Shown here piece by piece: positions 63,413 through 64,000 of a DNA stretch of 64,000 bases. The DNA is from Solirubrobacterales bacterium (GTDB lineage: Bacteria; Actinomycetota; Thermoleophilia; Solirubrobacterales; Solirubrobacteraceae): NCBI GenBank assembly GCA_040255945.1, contig JBDZVZ010000004.1, positions 19,290 to 83,289 of the forward strand. The letters are read 5' to 3'. The position numbers were made by a program, and so were the translations under genes. How positions within the stretch are numbered: position 1 is the stretch's first letter; the number at the start of each line of letters is the position of its first letter. The notes beneath the pieces were generated by a model. The model was not told where the DNA came from, searched no databases, and saw nothing but the letters and a program-made list of their open reading frames with translations.

Positions 63413-64000
63413 CCCAGGACGCCGGCGCGACCTCCGCGGTCGAGTCGATCACGGCGATCGTTCACGCCGGCGGCGACCACGTCCTGCCCCTGCTGGCGGG
63501 CGTCGAGGAGGAGCTGCGCGCCGCCGCCACCGGCCACGGGCCGGTGCTCGGCGAGCACGCGGCGGCGACGATCGCCGCCGGGGGCAAGCGGCTGCGCCCG
63601 CTGCTGACGATCCTCGCCGCCGGGCCCGCCGCGGCCGACGGGGACGAGACCGCCGCGCGCGTCGCCCGCGCGGCGGCAGCCGTCGAGCTCATCCACAGCG
63701 CGACGCTCGTCCACGACGACGTCCTCGACCTCGCCCGGCTGCGGCGAGGCCGCCCCACGGTGTTCGCCGTCGCCGGCCGCCAGGCCGCCACCCAGACCGG
63801 CGACCTGCTCTTCGCCCGCGCCTTCGCGCTGCTGACCGCCAACGGCAGCGCCGAGCAGGTGCGGGCGCTGAGCGACGCCAGCTCGGCGCTGGCCCGCGGC
63901 GAGCTGCTGCAGCGCGCCGACAGCTGGGACGCGTCGATCACCGTCGAGCGCTACCTGCTGCGCTGCGAGCTGAAGACCGCGCGGCTCTTCCAGGCCGCCT
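63409..64000 (+). CDS. hepT: polyprenyl (heptaprenyl-type) diphosphate synthase, 5' part (continues past the window end)
   Basis: The ATG overlaps the menG stop (ATGA). GGKRLRPLL and ELIHSATLVHDDVLDLARLRRGRPT (first DDxxD motif). The frame is open to the window edge. Confidence 0.87.
   Translation, partial: MTQDAGATSAVESITAIVHAGGDHVLPLLAGVEEELRAAATGHGPVLGEHAAATIAAGGKRLRPLLTILAAGPAAADGDETAARVARAAAAVELIHSATLVHDDVLDLARLRRGRPTVFAVAGRQAATQTGDLLFARAFALLTANGSAEQVRALSDASSALARGELLQRADSWDASITVERYLLRCELKTARLFQAA

Overview
Very high-GC (above 70% by eye, not computed) actinobacterial-type chromosome segment centred on the replication-origin region. Coding density is high. Many adjacent genes share 1-4 nt start/stop overlaps (ATGA, GTGA, TTGA, TGATG), which suggests translational coupling. 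Order, left to right: (1) the end of a flagellar cluster, flgL'-fliW-csrA-fliC (+). (2) A decayed vapBC-like relic. (3) A five-gene minus-strand accessory operon: an archaeal-type SipW signal peptidase, TasA/camelysin-like proteins with SipW-type N-terminal regions, and two large paralogs with LamG/ConA-like lectin domains. This is my best candidate for a poorly described system. (4) A DsbA-like gene and a Ser/Thr kinase with a discoidin-like C-terminus. (5) The actinobacterial morphogenesis cluster fhaA-fhaB-pstP-rodA-pbpA-pknB (-), here without pknA and ending in a coupled ddl. (6) A third kinase, a DUF4446-like gene, pheA, an HNH gene, an aldose epimerase and a DHFR-family gene. (7) gyrA-gyrB-DUF721-recF-dnaN-dnaA (-), then the dnaA/rpmH spacer with DnaA boxes, then rpmH-rnpA-yidD-yidC-jag (+). 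(8) A collagen-like gene on the opposite strand, bracketed by two parS-like palindromes. (9) rsmG-parA-parB and tRNA-Ile(GAU). (10) SDR, bifunctional-nuclease and PKD/propeller protein genes, then a second ddl coupled to an aminotransferase. (11) An envelope-glycan cluster (DUF4126, AP-family, GtrA, two GT-C/DUF2029), ymdB, an AI-2E transporter, an ABC-2 exporter and a GNAT gene. (12) A respiratory gene block: hemB, a fused siroheme-decarboxylase-like gene, hemL, an Asp-motif-less prenyl-synthase-like gene, Bacillus-type qcrABC, menG and hepT' (runs off the window). No rRNA, CRISPR array, transposase or integrase was seen. All calls rest on reading translated motifs and DNA by eye. No database search or computation was run. 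Start codons are often uncertain because GTG and TTG starts are common; the ORF track renders them as M.
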